DNA of 49,705 nt from Bacteroidota bacterium (GTDB lineage Bacteria; Bacteroidota; Ignavibacteria; UBA10030; UBA8401). Positions 1 through 9,196 of this stretch are shown piece after piece (the first letter of the stretch is position 1; every line of letters starts with the position of its first letter). Made by a program: the position numbers and the translations under genes. Where the stretch lies: NCBI GenBank assembly GCA_031420755.1, contig JANONI010000194.1:1-49705 (forward strand). Reading direction: 5' to 3'. The notes below the pieces were generated by a model. That model was given only the letters and a program-made list of their open reading frames with translations, was not told the DNA's origin and did not search any database.

Positions 1-1326
1 GATATTTTCACTGACGGGGAAACTGTTTCGATGATCGGAAAAAATCTTCAAGTGAAAGCAGATACAACAATAGATGCTGCGGGGAAACTTGTAATGCCCG
101 GCGGTATCGACCCGCATGTGCATCTTGAAATGCCGTTCATGGGAACATTTTCCAGCGATAATTATGAAACAGGAACACGTGCCGCATTATTCGGCGGAAC
201 AACGATGGTGATTGATTTCGTTCTGCAGACACAAGGCAAATCTTTGTACAATGCGCTTGAAGCGTGGCAAGGTCGTTCTAACGGAAATACATTGTGCGAT
301 TATTCTTTTCACATGGCGGTAACAGATTTCAACGAAAACACAAAAGCAGAAATTGAAAAAATGGTAAACACTGAAGGAATTATTTCCTTCAAAACTTTTA
401 TGGCGTACAAAGGTGCGTTAATGATTGATGACCGCCAAATGGTTGGATTAATGGAAGAAGTAAAAAAGCAGGGTGGTATGGTAATTGTTCACGCAACGAA
501 CGGCGATATGATAACATATTTAATTGAAAAGCACCGTTCAGAAGGAAAACTTGCGCCACTCTATCACTATCTTTCGCAGCCGGAAATTACCGAGGCAGAA
601 GCATCAGGAAGATTTGCGGATATGGCGCATTATACCGGAGTTCCTGCGTACATCGTTCACATGACGTGCGAAGGAGCAATCAATCAAGTTCGACGATCTG
701 CGCAGCGAAATCAAAAAGTATTTGCTGAAACTTGCATGCAGTATCTCGTTCTTGATGCATCGCTGTACGAACAAAATTTTGAAGGAGCGAAATGGGTTAT
801 GTCTCCGCCGCTTCGTGAAAAAAAAGATCAAGTCGCGTTGTGGGGTGCAATCAATCAAGGGACGGTGCAAATTGTCGCAACCGATCATTGTCCGTTTATG
901 TGGGAACAAAAATTAATGGGGAAAGATGATTTTTCAAAAATTCCCAATGGGCATCCCGGAATTGAAACACGAATGGAATTACTTTTTTCAGAAGGTGTGA
1001 ACAAAGGGAAAATTTCTCTCAATAAATATGTTGAAGTCAGTTCAACCAATGCAGCAAAAATTTTCGGAATGTTCCCGAAAAAAGGCTGCATCGCTGTTGG
1101 TTCTGATGCAGATATTATCATTCTCGATCCTAACGAAGAACACATCCTGTCCTCGAAAACACATCACATGAATGTTGACTATTCCGCTTACGAAGGATGG
1201 AAAGTAAAAGGTAAAGTGAAATCTGTTATCATGCGCGGTCAGCTTGCAGTCGATAACAATCAATTAAAAATTACAAAAGGATATGGAAAGTTTGTGAAGA
1301 GGAATAAAGTGAGTGGAATTATTTGA
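1..1326 (+). CDS. Dihydropyrimidinase / D-hydantoinase (cyclic amidohydrolase), 5'-truncated by window edge
   Basis: Frame 1 is open from nt 1 (DIFTDGETVS precedes the ORF-track Met at 31). Hallmark motifs are GGIDPHVHLEMPF (HxH metal site), FKTFMAYK (carbamylated-Lys region), VHATNG and ATDHCPF. Family members are about 460 aa, so the N-terminus lies upstream of the window. Confidence 0.9.
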   Translation, partial: DIFTDGETVSMIGKNLQVKADTTIDAAGKLVMPGGIDPHVHLEMPFMGTFSSDNYETGTRAALFGGTTMVIDFVLQTQGKSLYNALEAWQGRSNGNTLCDYSFHMAVTDFNENTKAEIEKMVNTEGIISFKTFMAYKGALMIDDRQMVGLMEEVKKQGGMVIVHATNGDMITYLIEKHRSEGKLAPLYHYLSQPEITEAEASGRFADMAHYTGVPAYIVHMTCEGAINQVRRSAQRNQKVFAETCMQYLVLDASLYEQNFEGAKWVMSPPLREKKDQVALWGAINQGTVQIVATDHCPFMWEQKLMGKDDFSKIPNGHPGIETRMELLFSEGVNKGKISLNKYVEVSSTNAAKIFGMFPKKGCIAVGSDADIIILDPNEEHILSSKTHHMNVDYSAYEGWKVKGKVKSVIMRGQLAVDNNQLKITKGYGKFVKRNKVSGII

Positions 1327-1466
1327 GTTTTGAGCTTCGGGTTTTGAGTTTCAAGTTCTCGGTAGAATTCAAAATTTCAAAGCGTAATTCATATTTCGAG
1401 ACATCTGAAAAATCCATAATCAATGTCATTCTCTACGAGTCGTAGACCGAGGAACGGAGTGACGAG

Positions 1467-1588
1467 TCCCAAAGGGATCGAGACTGTGTAAAACTATTTT
1501 TTCAGCGTTAACATCCCCGAAATCTTTGAGATTTCGGGGATGTGTTTCACAAAATTTGACTTTTTACACAGTCTCAATCCCTTTGGGA
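1467..1588 (-). repeat. Nested-palindrome intergenic repeat, copy 1 (inverted relative to copies 2 and 3)
   Basis: Outer 27-bp arms TCCCAAAGGGATCGAGACTGTGTAAAA (1467-1493) and TTTTACACAGTCTCAATCCCTTTGGGA (1562-1588) have 1 mismatch. The inner 14-bp perfect hairpin is ACATCCCCGAAATC (1511-1524) with GATTTCGGGGATGT (1530-1543). The asymmetric spacers match the reverse complement of copies 2 and 3. Confidence 0.9.
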
Positions 1589-1724
1589 GAATCTCGCTTT
1601 TCTGCAAATTCAAGTGTGAGATTTCTCGCTTGCCCCTTTGGTGGCTTCGCTCGAAATGACAATCACTTAATAGTTTTTCAGAGGTCTCATTTCATAATTC
1701 AACCTTCATAATTTTAAAACCTTT

Positions 1725-3209
1725 ATGCCCACATTTCTTTCTTCCGAATTAATTGAGACCGATATTTCTTCTGTTCAACACAGTACACTTCTTAACGCTG
1801 ACCTTGCGCCGACGACAAAAGCACAGCGTAAATGGGGAGTCTATAATTTTGCTGCGCTTTGGATTTCGATGTCTGCGTGTATTCCTACGTACATGCTTGC
1901 TTCGGGATTGATTGCCGAAGGAATGAATTGGTATCAAGCAGTGATAACAGTTTTTCTTGGAAACGTTATTGTGTTAATTCCAATGATTCTCAACGCTCAC
2001 GCCGGAACAAAATATGGAATTCCATTTCCTGTCTATTGCCGCGCATCGTTCGGAGTTCGCGGTGCAAATATACCCGCGCTGTTGCGTGCGTTTGTTGCAT
2101 GCGGTTGGTTCGGCATTCAAACGTGGATCGGCGGTTGGGCTATTTATAAAATTATTACGATTTATATTCCAGAATGGGACTCACTTCCAGTTTGGTTTGC
2201 AGGAATAAATTTTCCCCAATTTGCATGTTTCATGTTCTTCTGGGGAATTAACATGCTTGTTATTTATAAAGGAATTGATTCCATCCGTTTTCTCCTCGAT
2301 ATCAAAGCACCGCTTCTCATTATTCTTGGTCTTGCGTTGCTTGCGTGGGCATATAACGAAGCAGGTGGTTTTGGTCCAATGCTTTCACAGCCATCGCAAT
2401 TTATTTCTGGAGGAATTAAAGAAGGTCAATTTTGGTCTATTTTTTTCCCATCACTTACTGGGATGATTGGTTTTTGGGCAACGCTTTCGCTCAACATTCC
2501 GGATTTTACACGCTATGCAAAATCGCAAAAAGATCAAATATTTGGACAAGCAATTGGACTTCCGGTAACAATGGGATTATATGCGTTCATCGGCGTTGCT
2601 GTAACATCTGCAACAATTGTTATTTATGGCGAAGCAATTTGGGATCCGGTAGTTCTTATCGCGCGTTTTACAAATCCTGTTGTGCTTGCAGTTTCGCTTT
2701 TTGCACTCTGTCTCGCAACGCTGGCGACAAATCTTGCTGCGAATGTTGTGAGCCCTGCAAATGATTTTACAAATCTCTGGCCTTCCAAAATTACATTCCG
2801 TATCGGCGGATTGATCACGGGAATTATCGGCATTCTTATTCAGCCGTGGAAACTTGTTGCCGATCCAAGCGGATACATTTTTACATGGCTTGTTGGGTAT
2901 TCTGCATTGCTCGGTCCAATCGGCGGAATTTTAATTGCCGATTATTTTATTGTGAGAAAAACAAATCTTAAAGCGGTAGATCTGTATAATCTTTATGGAG
3001 AGTATCGTTATCGCAATGGTTTCAACACAGCGGCAATCGTTGCGCTTGCGCTTGGTGTTGCGCCGAATATTCCCGGATTCCTCGGCACCATTAAAGTTAT
3101 TGATCCTGTTTCGGTCGGTTCGTTCTTCATGCACTTATACAATTACGCATGGTTTGTTGGATTTGCTGTGGCGTTTGTGATGTATGTTGTGATGATGAGG
3201 AAAAAGTAA
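1725..3209 (+). CDS. NCS1 family nucleobase/hydantoin/allantoin:cation symporter
   Basis: 494 aa polytopic membrane protein. The N-terminal NADLAPT..QRKWGVYNFAALWISM motif and overall 12-TM layout are typical of NCS1 (Mhp1/PucI/FCY2-type) permeases. It sits directly downstream of the hydantoinase. Confidence 0.85.
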   Translation: MPTFLSSELIETDISSVQHSTLLNADLAPTTKAQRKWGVYNFAALWISMSACIPTYMLASGLIAEGMNWYQAVITVFLGNVIVLIPMILNAHAGTKYGIPFPVYCRASFGVRGANIPALLRAFVACGWFGIQTWIGGWAIYKIITIYIPEWDSLPVWFAGINFPQFACFMFFWGINMLVIYKGIDSIRFLLDIKAPLLIILGLALLAWAYNEAGGFGPMLSQPSQFISGGIKEGQFWSIFFPSLTGMIGFWATLSLNIPDFTRYAKSQKDQIFGQAIGLPVTMGLYAFIGVAVTSATIVIYGEAIWDPVVLIARFTNPVVLAVSLFALCLATLATNLAANVVSPANDFTNLWPSKITFRIGGLITGIIGILIQPWKLVADPSGYIFTWLVGYSALLGPIGGILIADYFIVRKTNLKAVDLYNLYGEYRYRNGFNTAAIVALALGVAPNIPGFLGTIKVIDPVSVGSFFMHLYNYAWFVGFAVAFVMYVVMMRKK

Positions 3210-3262
3210 ATTCTGTGTTTCAAGTTTTTTGGTTCAGGTTTCATTTTAAACACTTATTTGTT

Positions 3263-3368
3263 GTTCGACAGTTGTACTGTCGAACACGAACCGCTTGATG
3301 AGTTTTACTCCAATATGCAACAGTAAAACTGTTGTTTGGTTTTATGTCCGACAGTGTAACTGTCGGAC
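3263..3368. repeat. Two copies of a 9-bp-stem hairpin plus a third hairpin between convergent genes
   Basis: GTTCGACAG-TTGTA-CTGTCGAAC (3263-3285) and GTCCGACAG-TGTAA-CTGTCGGAC (3346-3368) are variants of one unit. Between them lies AGTTTTACT...AGTAAAACT (3301-3309 and 3322-3330). Confidence 0.8.
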
Positions 3369-3430
3369 AACTAAGTAGCAGAAGCAATTGGAAAAAAACA
3401 AGTGTTCATAACTTTGAAATAAGATGGCGA

Positions 3431-3464
3431 GATGTAGGACACCTTAGAGGTGTCCTACATCTTT
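3431..3464. terminator. Strong hairpin between NCS1 permease and mmsA (bidirectional terminator candidate)
   Basis: A 13-bp perfect stem (GATGTAGGACACC at 3431-3443, GGTGTCCTACATC at 3449-3461) with loop TTAGA, followed by TTT on the + strand. It lies 18 nt from the mmsA stop. Confidence 0.6.
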
Positions 3465-3479
3465 ATAACTTACAACGCC

Positions 3480-4937
3480 TCAACTCATCCAATTCACTTT
3501 CCCTTCAGCACTCCATTTTATCGTTGTCTTTTTCGGTTTTGTAAAAAATTCGATTGAACTTTTTCCTGTAATATCTCCCGCTCCGAATTTGGATTCGTTC
3601 CATCCGCCAAATGAAAATGGCTCTCGAGGTACAGGAACTCCGATATTCACTCCAACCATTCCTGCACTTGCATGTTCAACCACGTAACGCGCCGCGCCGC
3701 CGTTTTGCGTAAAGACCGAAGCGGCATTACCATACGGATTTGCATTCTCAATTTTTAATGCTTCTTCAAGTGTCTCAGTCCGCAAAATTGCGAGAACTGG
3801 ACCAAAAACTTCTTCTTGTGCAATGTTCATTTCCGGCTTTACAAAATCAATAACAGTAGGTCCAACGTAATAACCGTTTTCTTTTCCTTCGACTCTTGCA
3901 TTGCGTCCATCAAGAAGTATCGTTGCGCCTTGTTGTTCCGCTTCGGTGATGTAACGTTCGATCCGTTCTTTTGCTTGTTTAGAAATTACCGCGCCGAGAT
4001 TTTTTCCCGGAACAATTTTTTTTGATTCCTCGACCAATTTTTTTATGATATGATCGACTGAGCCAACGGCAAGCATTGCGGAAGCCGCCATGCATCGTTG
4101 ACCTGCGCATCCGCTCATTGATGCCGCAACGTTTGATGCCGTCATATCTTCATGTGCATCAGGAAGAACAATAAGATGATTTTTTGCTCCTCCAAGACAT
4201 ACAGCTCGTTTGAGATGTGAAGTCGCGCGTTGATAAACAATCTTTGCAACTTTGGTTGATCCGACAAATGTTACCGCATGAATTCCTGGATGATCACAAA
4301 TTGCCTCAACTGCTTCTTGTCCGCCATGTACGATATTGAAAACGCCATCCGGTAACCCTGCTTCTTTTAATAATTCCGCAATGCGGCAAGCGCTTAACGG
4401 AACAACTTCAGAAGGTTTTAAAATCATCGTATTCCCAAGAACTAATGCATTGGGAATTGTCCAATTCGGAACCATTGCAGGAAAATTAAATGGTGTAATT
4501 GATGCAACCACTCCGACAGGATAGCGATCGATCCGACATTCAACGCCGCGGCTTACTTCTAAAATTTCACCAGAAATCAATTGAGGCATAGAACATGCAA
4601 ACTCAGTCAATTCAATACTTTTTTCAACTTCAGCAATTGCTTCGCTTATAATTTTTCCATTTTCTTTCTGAACAAGTTCTGCAAGCTCTTGCGAATATTT
4701 TTCCAACAGTGCCTTATATCGGAAAAAAACTTGAACACGTTCTTTAATTGGGAGGGAAGACCATGAAGGAAATGCTTTTGCTGCTGATCGTACTGCATCA
4801 TCAACATCTTTAAATCCAGACAAAGGAACAAAAGAAATTATTTCACCTGTTGATGGATTTTCAATAGGGAGTGTTTGTGATTCACTGGCTTTTGTCCATA
4901 TGCCATTGATATAATTGTTTACTGTATTTGCATTCAT
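3480..4937 (-). CDS. mmsA: CoA-acylating methylmalonate/malonate-semialdehyde dehydrogenase (ALDH superfamily)
   Basis: 485 aa. ALDH motifs are ITPFNFPAMV, GSTKVAK, catalytic Cys in GQRCMAASA, EEVFGPV, and GGAKNH in place of the classical ELGGK, as in the MMSDH subgroup. The N-terminus NYINGIWT..ENPSTGE is typical. Confidence 0.8.
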   Translation of the reverse strand: MNANTVNNYINGIWTKASESQTLPIENPSTGEIISFVPLSGFKDVDDAVRSAAKAFPSWSSLPIKERVQVFFRYKALLEKYSQELAELVQKENGKIISEAIAEVEKSIELTEFACSMPQLISGEILEVSRGVECRIDRYPVGVVASITPFNFPAMVPNWTIPNALVLGNTMILKPSEVVPLSACRIAELLKEAGLPDGVFNIVHGGQEAVEAICDHPGIHAVTFVGSTKVAKIVYQRATSHLKRAVCLGGAKNHLIVLPDAHEDMTASNVAASMSGCAGQRCMAASAMLAVGSVDHIIKKLVEESKKIVPGKNLGAVISKQAKERIERYITEAEQQGATILLDGRNARVEGKENGYYVGPTVIDFVKPEMNIAQEEVFGPVLAILRTETLEEALKIENANPYGNAASVFTQNGGAARYVVEHASAGMVGVNIGVPVPREPFSFGGWNESKFGAGDITGKSSIEFFTKPKKTTIKWSAEGKVNWMS

Positions 4938-5118
4938 ATAAACTCCTTAATCATTTGAATACTTCTAATTCGTTAATATAAAAAAGTAATCATGCTGAAT
5001 ATTAAAAGCAAGCAAATCTGCCTGTAAAAATTTGTATTCATCAACTATTGATTTTTTGATGGAAAAGGCATATCTTTATTTCCTATAATTCAGGAACAAT
5101 TTATCAGGAGATACAAAC

Positions 5119-5565
5119 GTGGCAATGGTAGATAAAAGCACTACATTTTTTAGAGAAACCGATATCGCGCAAAAATGGTATGTTGTCGATGCAAACGGAA
5201 AAACACTTGGTCGTATAGCATCGCAGGTCGCACGAATTCTTCGCGGAAAACATAAGCCGCAATTCACACCAAATTCAGATATGGGTGATTTTGTTATTGT
5301 TGTGAACGCAGAGAAAGTAAAAGTTACCGGCAAGCGTACCGAACAAAAGGAATATTTTCATTATACCGGTTATCCGGGCGGAGCAATTTTCCAACAGTTT
5401 AAGGATGTTATTAAAAACCATCCGGAACGTGTGATTGAACATGCTGTAAAGGGTATGATTCCCCACACAAAACTTGGTCGTCAGATCATTAAAAAATTAA
5501 AAGTCTATCCCGGAACAGAGCATCCGCACTCAGCTCAAAAACCGGAAGTCATCGAATTCAATTAA
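5119..5565 (+). CDS. rplM: 50S ribosomal protein L13
   Basis: WYVVDANGKTLGRIASQVARILRGKHKP.FTP is the canonical L13 N-terminus. The GTG at 5119 is preceded by CAGGAG at 5105-5110; the ATG at 5125 is an alternative start. Confidence 0.95.
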   Translation: MAMVDKSTTFFRETDIAQKWYVVDANGKTLGRIASQVARILRGKHKPQFTPNSDMGDFVIVVNAEKVKVTGKRTEQKEYFHYTGYPGGAIFQQFKDVIKNHPERVIEHAVKGMIPHTKLGRQIIKKLKVYPGTEHPHSAQKPEVIEFN

Positions 5566-5574
5566 CGTAGAAGG

Positions 5575-5970
5575 ATGTACATGCAGCAAATGATTAACGC
5601 AGTCGGTCGCCGTAAAACTTCGGTTGCCCGTGTGTTCTTAAAAAACGGTTCAGGTAAGATCACTGTTAACGAACGTGATTTTGAAAAATATTTTCCACTT
5701 GAAACACATCGTAATTCAATCACCAAAGTATTTTCTGTAACTGATACTCTTGGAAAATATGATGTGAAGGTGAATGTTGACGGCGGCGGAGTTTCAGGAC
5801 AAGCTGGCGCAGTTATTCTTGGCGTTGCTCGTGCATTAGTGGAAATTAGTGAAGAAAATCGTCCCGTCCTTCGAAAAAATGGAATGATGACACGCGATCC
5901 CCGTATGGTAGAGCGTAAAAAATACGGACAGAAAAAAGCTCGTAAGAAATTTCAATTCTCCAAACGGTAA
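5575..5970 (+). CDS. rpsI: 30S ribosomal protein S9
   Basis: [22 protein letters not shown] and the C-terminal RKKFQFSKR are canonical S9 sequences. It immediately follows rplM, the conserved operon order. Confidence 0.95.
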   Translation: MYMQQMINAVGRRKTSVARVFLKNGSGKITVNERDFEKYFPLETHRNSITKVFSVTDTLGKYDVKVNVDGGGVSGQAGAVILGVARALVEISEENRPVLRKNGMMTRDPRMVERKKYGQKKARKKFQFSKR

Positions 5971-6128
5971 AATTTTTTATCCGCCTTGCAATGCACAACA
6001 TGTATTGCAATGTATAGTTGTAATAATTAAACATACTTTTGGATTAGTGCAGCGGTGTCCGGCATAACTGGACTCTACATTAAGATGAAGAAAGTAGAAG
6101 AACACTTAACCAAACATAAAGGAACACT

Positions 6129-6923
6129 ATGCCTCGCGTAGAACTTGCAGAGTTACTTGCTTCCGGTGCCCACTTCGGTCACCTTACCCGCCGTTGGAAT
6201 CCAAAAATGCGCCCCTATATTTTTATGGAACGAAACGGAATCCACATTTTTGATCTCAAAAAAACACAAACGCTTCTTGAAGAAGCTGCAACCGCTGTTT
6301 CAAATGTTGTAGCAGAAGGAAAGAAAGTGCTTTTTGTGGGCACAAAAAAACAAGCGAAAGAAGTTATTCAAGCTGAAGCGAAACGTGGACACCAATATTA
6401 CGCAACCGATCGATGGCTCGGTGGAATGTTGACCAACTTTGCGACAATTCGAAAAAGCGTAAAACGTTTGACGAATATTGAGAAGATGGAGACTGATGGA
6501 ACCTTTGATAAGATCACAAAAAAAGAAACGCTATTCCTTTCACGAGAAAAAGAAAAACTTCAAAAAACACTTTCAGGTATTGTGGAGATGACCCGTCTTC
6601 CGGGTGCGCTCTTCGTTATCGATGTGAAAAAAGAAGCGATTGCAGTGAAAGAAGCGAATCGTCTTGGTATTCCGGTATTTGCAATGGTTGATACAAACTG
6701 TGATACCGATGGAATCGATTATATCATTCCCGCAAATGATGACGCATTAAAATCAATTCAATTGATTGCTCGTGTGTTCACCGATGCAATCGTAGAAGGA
6801 AATGCACGAAAAGTAGAAACTGCTCCGGAATCTGAAGAAGCAGAAAAACAAGAACGATCTGATAAGCACGACCGAAGAGAACGAAGACCACGAAGACCAC
6901 AACATGAAACGGGTAAAGTATAA
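6129..6923 (+). CDS. rpsB: 30S ribosomal protein S2 (with charged C-terminal tail)
   Basis: [29 protein letters not shown] and [20 protein letters not shown] are S2 signatures. The last ~35 aa form an E/R/K-rich extension. Confidence 0.95.
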   Translation: MPRVELAELLASGAHFGHLTRRWNPKMRPYIFMERNGIHIFDLKKTQTLLEEAATAVSNVVAEGKKVLFVGTKKQAKEVIQAEAKRGHQYYATDRWLGGMLTNFATIRKSVKRLTNIEKMETDGTFDKITKKETLFLSREKEKLQKTLSGIVEMTRLPGALFVIDVKKEAIAVKEANRLGIPVFAMVDTNCDTDGIDYIIPANDDALKSIQLIARVFTDAIVEGNARKVETAPESEEAEKQERSDKHDRRERRPRRPQHETGKV

Positions 6924-6925
6924 TT

Positions 6926-7768
6926 ATGGCAGTATCTAGTGAACTGGTAAAAAAACTGCGCGATAAAACCGGCGCAGGCATGATGGATTGCAAAAAAGCA
7001 CTTGATGAATCAAATGGTGATGTAGAAAAAGCAATCGAAATTCTTCGTAAAAAAGGTGCGGCAACCGCTGCAAAACGTGCTGATAAAACAGCAAACGAAG
7101 GAATAATTGTATCAAAAGTTTCTGATGATGCTAAATACGGAATTTTAGTTGAGATCAACTGCGAAACAGATTTTGTAGCTCGCGGTGAAGATTTTGTAAA
7201 CTTTGCAAATTCAATCGGTCAGATCGTTTTTGACAAGTCTCCAAAAACTGTTGAAGAATTATTAACCCTTCCTCATCCGAACGGAAAAACAGTTTCCGAT
7301 GCTCTTTCTGAATTGGTTGGAAAAGTTGGTGAAAAAACTGAGATTCGCAGAATTTATATCGTAAATGCTGAAGGCGCATTCCTTGCGTCATATATTCATA
7401 TGGGAAGCAAATTAGGAGTTCTTGTGGAATTTGCTGCGGAATATAATCCTGTAAATAAAGTAATCGCTCGGGATATTGCAATGCAAGTTGCTGCAATGAA
7501 TCCGATTGTTGTTTCGAGAGATAAAGTAAGCAAAGAATTACTTGATAAAGAAGTTGAGATATACCGTCAGCAAGCGAAGAACGAAGGTAAGCCTGAACAA
7601 ATTGCAGAGAAAATTGCAACAGGTCGTCTTGAAAAATATTTTCAAGAAGTTGTTCTTCTCGAACAGAGTTTTATTAAGGACGCTGGAAAGGCAGTTAAAG
7701 ATCTTCTTTCTCCAAATGTAACGGTAAAACAGTTCAAGAGATTTCAACTTGGTGAATCAACAAATTAA
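6926..7768 (+). CDS. tsf: Translation elongation factor Ts
   Basis: [20 protein letters not shown] (UBA-like N-domain) and [15 protein letters not shown]. It starts 2 nt after the rpsB stop, the conserved rpsB-tsf pairing. Confidence 0.95.
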   Translation: MAVSSELVKKLRDKTGAGMMDCKKALDESNGDVEKAIEILRKKGAATAAKRADKTANEGIIVSKVSDDAKYGILVEINCETDFVARGEDFVNFANSIGQIVFDKSPKTVEELLTLPHPNGKTVSDALSELVGKVGEKTEIRRIYIVNAEGAFLASYIHMGSKLGVLVEFAAEYNPVNKVIARDIAMQVAAMNPIVVSRDKVSKELLDKEVEIYRQQAKNEGKPEQIAEKIATGRLEKYFQEVVLLEQSFIKDAGKAVKDLLSPNVTVKQFKRFQLGESTN

Positions 7769-7773
7769 CATCC

Positions 7774-7804
7774 AGAAAGGTCTCATTTGAGACCTTTCTT
7801 TTTA
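7774..7804 (+). terminator. Rho-independent terminator after tsf
   Basis: An 11-bp perfect stem (AGAAAGGTCTC at 7774-7784, GAGACCTTTCT at 7789-7799) with a 4-nt loop, followed by TTTT. Confidence 0.8.
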
Positions 7805-7815
7805 TCAGGAGCTTA

Positions 7816-8550
7816 ATGATGGCAACGCCAAAATATAAACGCATATTGCTGAAATTAAGCGGTGAAGCATTGATGGGTGGACAAGAGTTTGGAATTGATC
7901 CGAAGGTATTAGGTCAATACGCAGAAGAAATTAAATTGGTACATGATCTTGGTGTACAAATTGGAATTGTAATTGGCGGTGGAAACATTTATCGCGGAAT
8001 TGAAAATTCGTCGGATGGCATTGACAAAGTTACCGGTGATCATATGGGTATGCTTGCCACCGTTATCAATGGATTAGCACTGCAAAGTTCATTGGAACAT
8101 CACGGAATGGATACTCGATGTCAAACAGCAATAAATATGGATCGGATTGCTGAACCATATATCCGGCGTCGTGCAGTACGACATTTAGAAAAAAAACGCA
8201 TTGTTATTTTTGCGGCAGGCACTGGAAATCCGTACTTTACAACGGATACCGCTGCCGTGCTTCGTGGGATAGAAATTGAAGCGGGAATAATTATCAAAGG
8301 CACCCGTGTTGATGGAATCTATGATTCCGATCCGGAAAAAAATCCGAATGCAAAAAAATATTCGTTAATTAATTATGATGATGTTTTCAAAAAAAATCTT
8401 AAAGTAATGGATATGACAGCAATAACGCTGTGTAAAGAGAACAATCTGCCGATCGGTGTTTTTAACATGAATGTAAAGAATAATTTACTACGATTGGTGC
8501 TTGGTGAAAATGTCGGGACTACAGTAACACAATCTGCTCCATCAGTATAA
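7816..8550 (+). CDS. pyrH: UMP kinase
   Basis: [23 protein letters not shown] and [13 protein letters not shown] are canonical PyrH motifs. Confidence 0.95.
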   Translation: MMATPKYKRILLKLSGEALMGGQEFGIDPKVLGQYAEEIKLVHDLGVQIGIVIGGGNIYRGIENSSDGIDKVTGDHMGMLATVINGLALQSSLEHHGMDTRCQTAINMDRIAEPYIRRRAVRHLEKKRIVIFAAGTGNPYFTTDTAAVLRGIEIEAGIIIKGTRVDGIYDSDPEKNPNAKKYSLINYDDVFKKNLKVMDMTAITLCKENNLPIGVFNMNVKNNLLRLVLGENVGTTVTQSAPSV

Positions 8551-8570
8551 CAATATCGGAGGATACCACT

Positions 8571-9131
8571 ATGCAATTAAAAGAGATCTTAAAAAACTGC
8601 GAAACACGGATGCAAAAAGCAGTTGAAAGTGTCCGACACGAACTTGTGAAGGTCCGTACCGGTAAAGCGACCACCGCACTTCTTGATACTGTTAAAGTTG
8701 ATGCCTATGGAACATTGATGCCGCTCAATCAAGTTGGTTCGATCAGTGTCGTTGATGCGCGTATGCTTGCGGTTACTCCGTGGGATAACGGCATGCTACA
8801 ACCAATTGAAAAAGGAATTACTATTGCAAATCTCGGGCTTAATCCGAGCATCGACGGAAAAATAGTTCGAGTTCCTGTTCCAATGTTAAATGAAGAACGC
8901 CGCAAAGAACTTGTTAAACTTGTGAAAAAGTTTGGAGAAGAAGGGAAGGTTGCGGTCCGAAACATTCGCCGTGATGAGAATGACTTGCTGAAAAAATCTG
9001 AGAAAGAAGCACATTTTTCGGAAGATGATAGAAAACGCGGCGAACAAGAAGTTCAAAAATATACCGATAAATATATCAAAGAGATCGACAATCTGTTAGC
9101 AAATAAAGAAAAAGAAATTATGGAAGTGTAA
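8571..9131 (+). CDS. frr: Ribosome recycling factor
   Basis: 186 aa with LVKVRTGKATTALLD, NLGLNPS.DG..VRVPVP.L.EERRKELVK and RNIRRD. It follows pyrH as in most bacteria. Confidence 0.95.
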   Translation: MQLKEILKNCETRMQKAVESVRHELVKVRTGKATTALLDTVKVDAYGTLMPLNQVGSISVVDARMLAVTPWDNGMLQPIEKGITIANLGLNPSIDGKIVRVPVPMLNEERRKELVKLVKKFGEEGKVAVRNIRRDENDLLKKSEKEAHFSEDDRKRGEQEVQKYTDKYIKEIDNLLANKEKEIMEV

Positions 9132-9149
9132 ATAAATTCACTCAAAGGA

Positions 9150-9180
9150 AAAGTCCCGCTTCTGCGGGACTTTTCGGTTT
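9150..9180 (+). terminator. Rho-independent terminator after frr
   Basis: A 10-bp stem (AAAGTCCCGC at 9150-9159, GCGGGACTTT at 9164-9173) with loop TTCT, followed by the T-rich TCGGTTT. Confidence 0.75.
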
Positions 9181-9196
9181 AAAGATAAATTTACCG

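Noticed and set aside
1526-1711. 61-aa ORF in the hydantoinase-permease spacer
   Set aside because: It is translated straight through the nested-palindrome repeat and its flanking inverted repeats. The sequence is repeat-derived, with no RBS and no coding character.
3332-3544. 70-aa plus-strand ORF spanning the hairpin array and the 3' end of mmsA
   Set aside because: It runs through three palindromic hairpins and overlaps the mmsA coding end on the opposite strand, so it is not credible as a gene.
5041-5118. TATAAT at 5084-5089 as the rplM promoter -10 element
   Set aside because: No acceptable -35 element lies at 16-18 nt spacing, and the nearest TTGATG is 22 nt away. This is insufficient support.
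5971-6128. Possible tRNA, sRNA or r-protein leader in the rpsI-rpsB spacer (hairpin TTGCAAT...ATTGCAA at about 5985-6009)
   Set aside because: No cloverleaf or T-loop (GTTCRA) is present. The 7-bp AT-rich hairpin lacks a T-run. I cannot support an rpsB autoregulatory leader from sequence alone.
7155-7619. 154-aa minus-strand ORF antisense to tsf. Similar long antisense ORFs occur at 6778-7158, 15948-16367, 34149-34523, 41884-42438, 33332-33661 and 44826-45185.
   Set aside because: Each lies entirely within a confidently identified gene on the other strand. Their low-complexity, unrecognisable translations make them frame shadows rather than genes.
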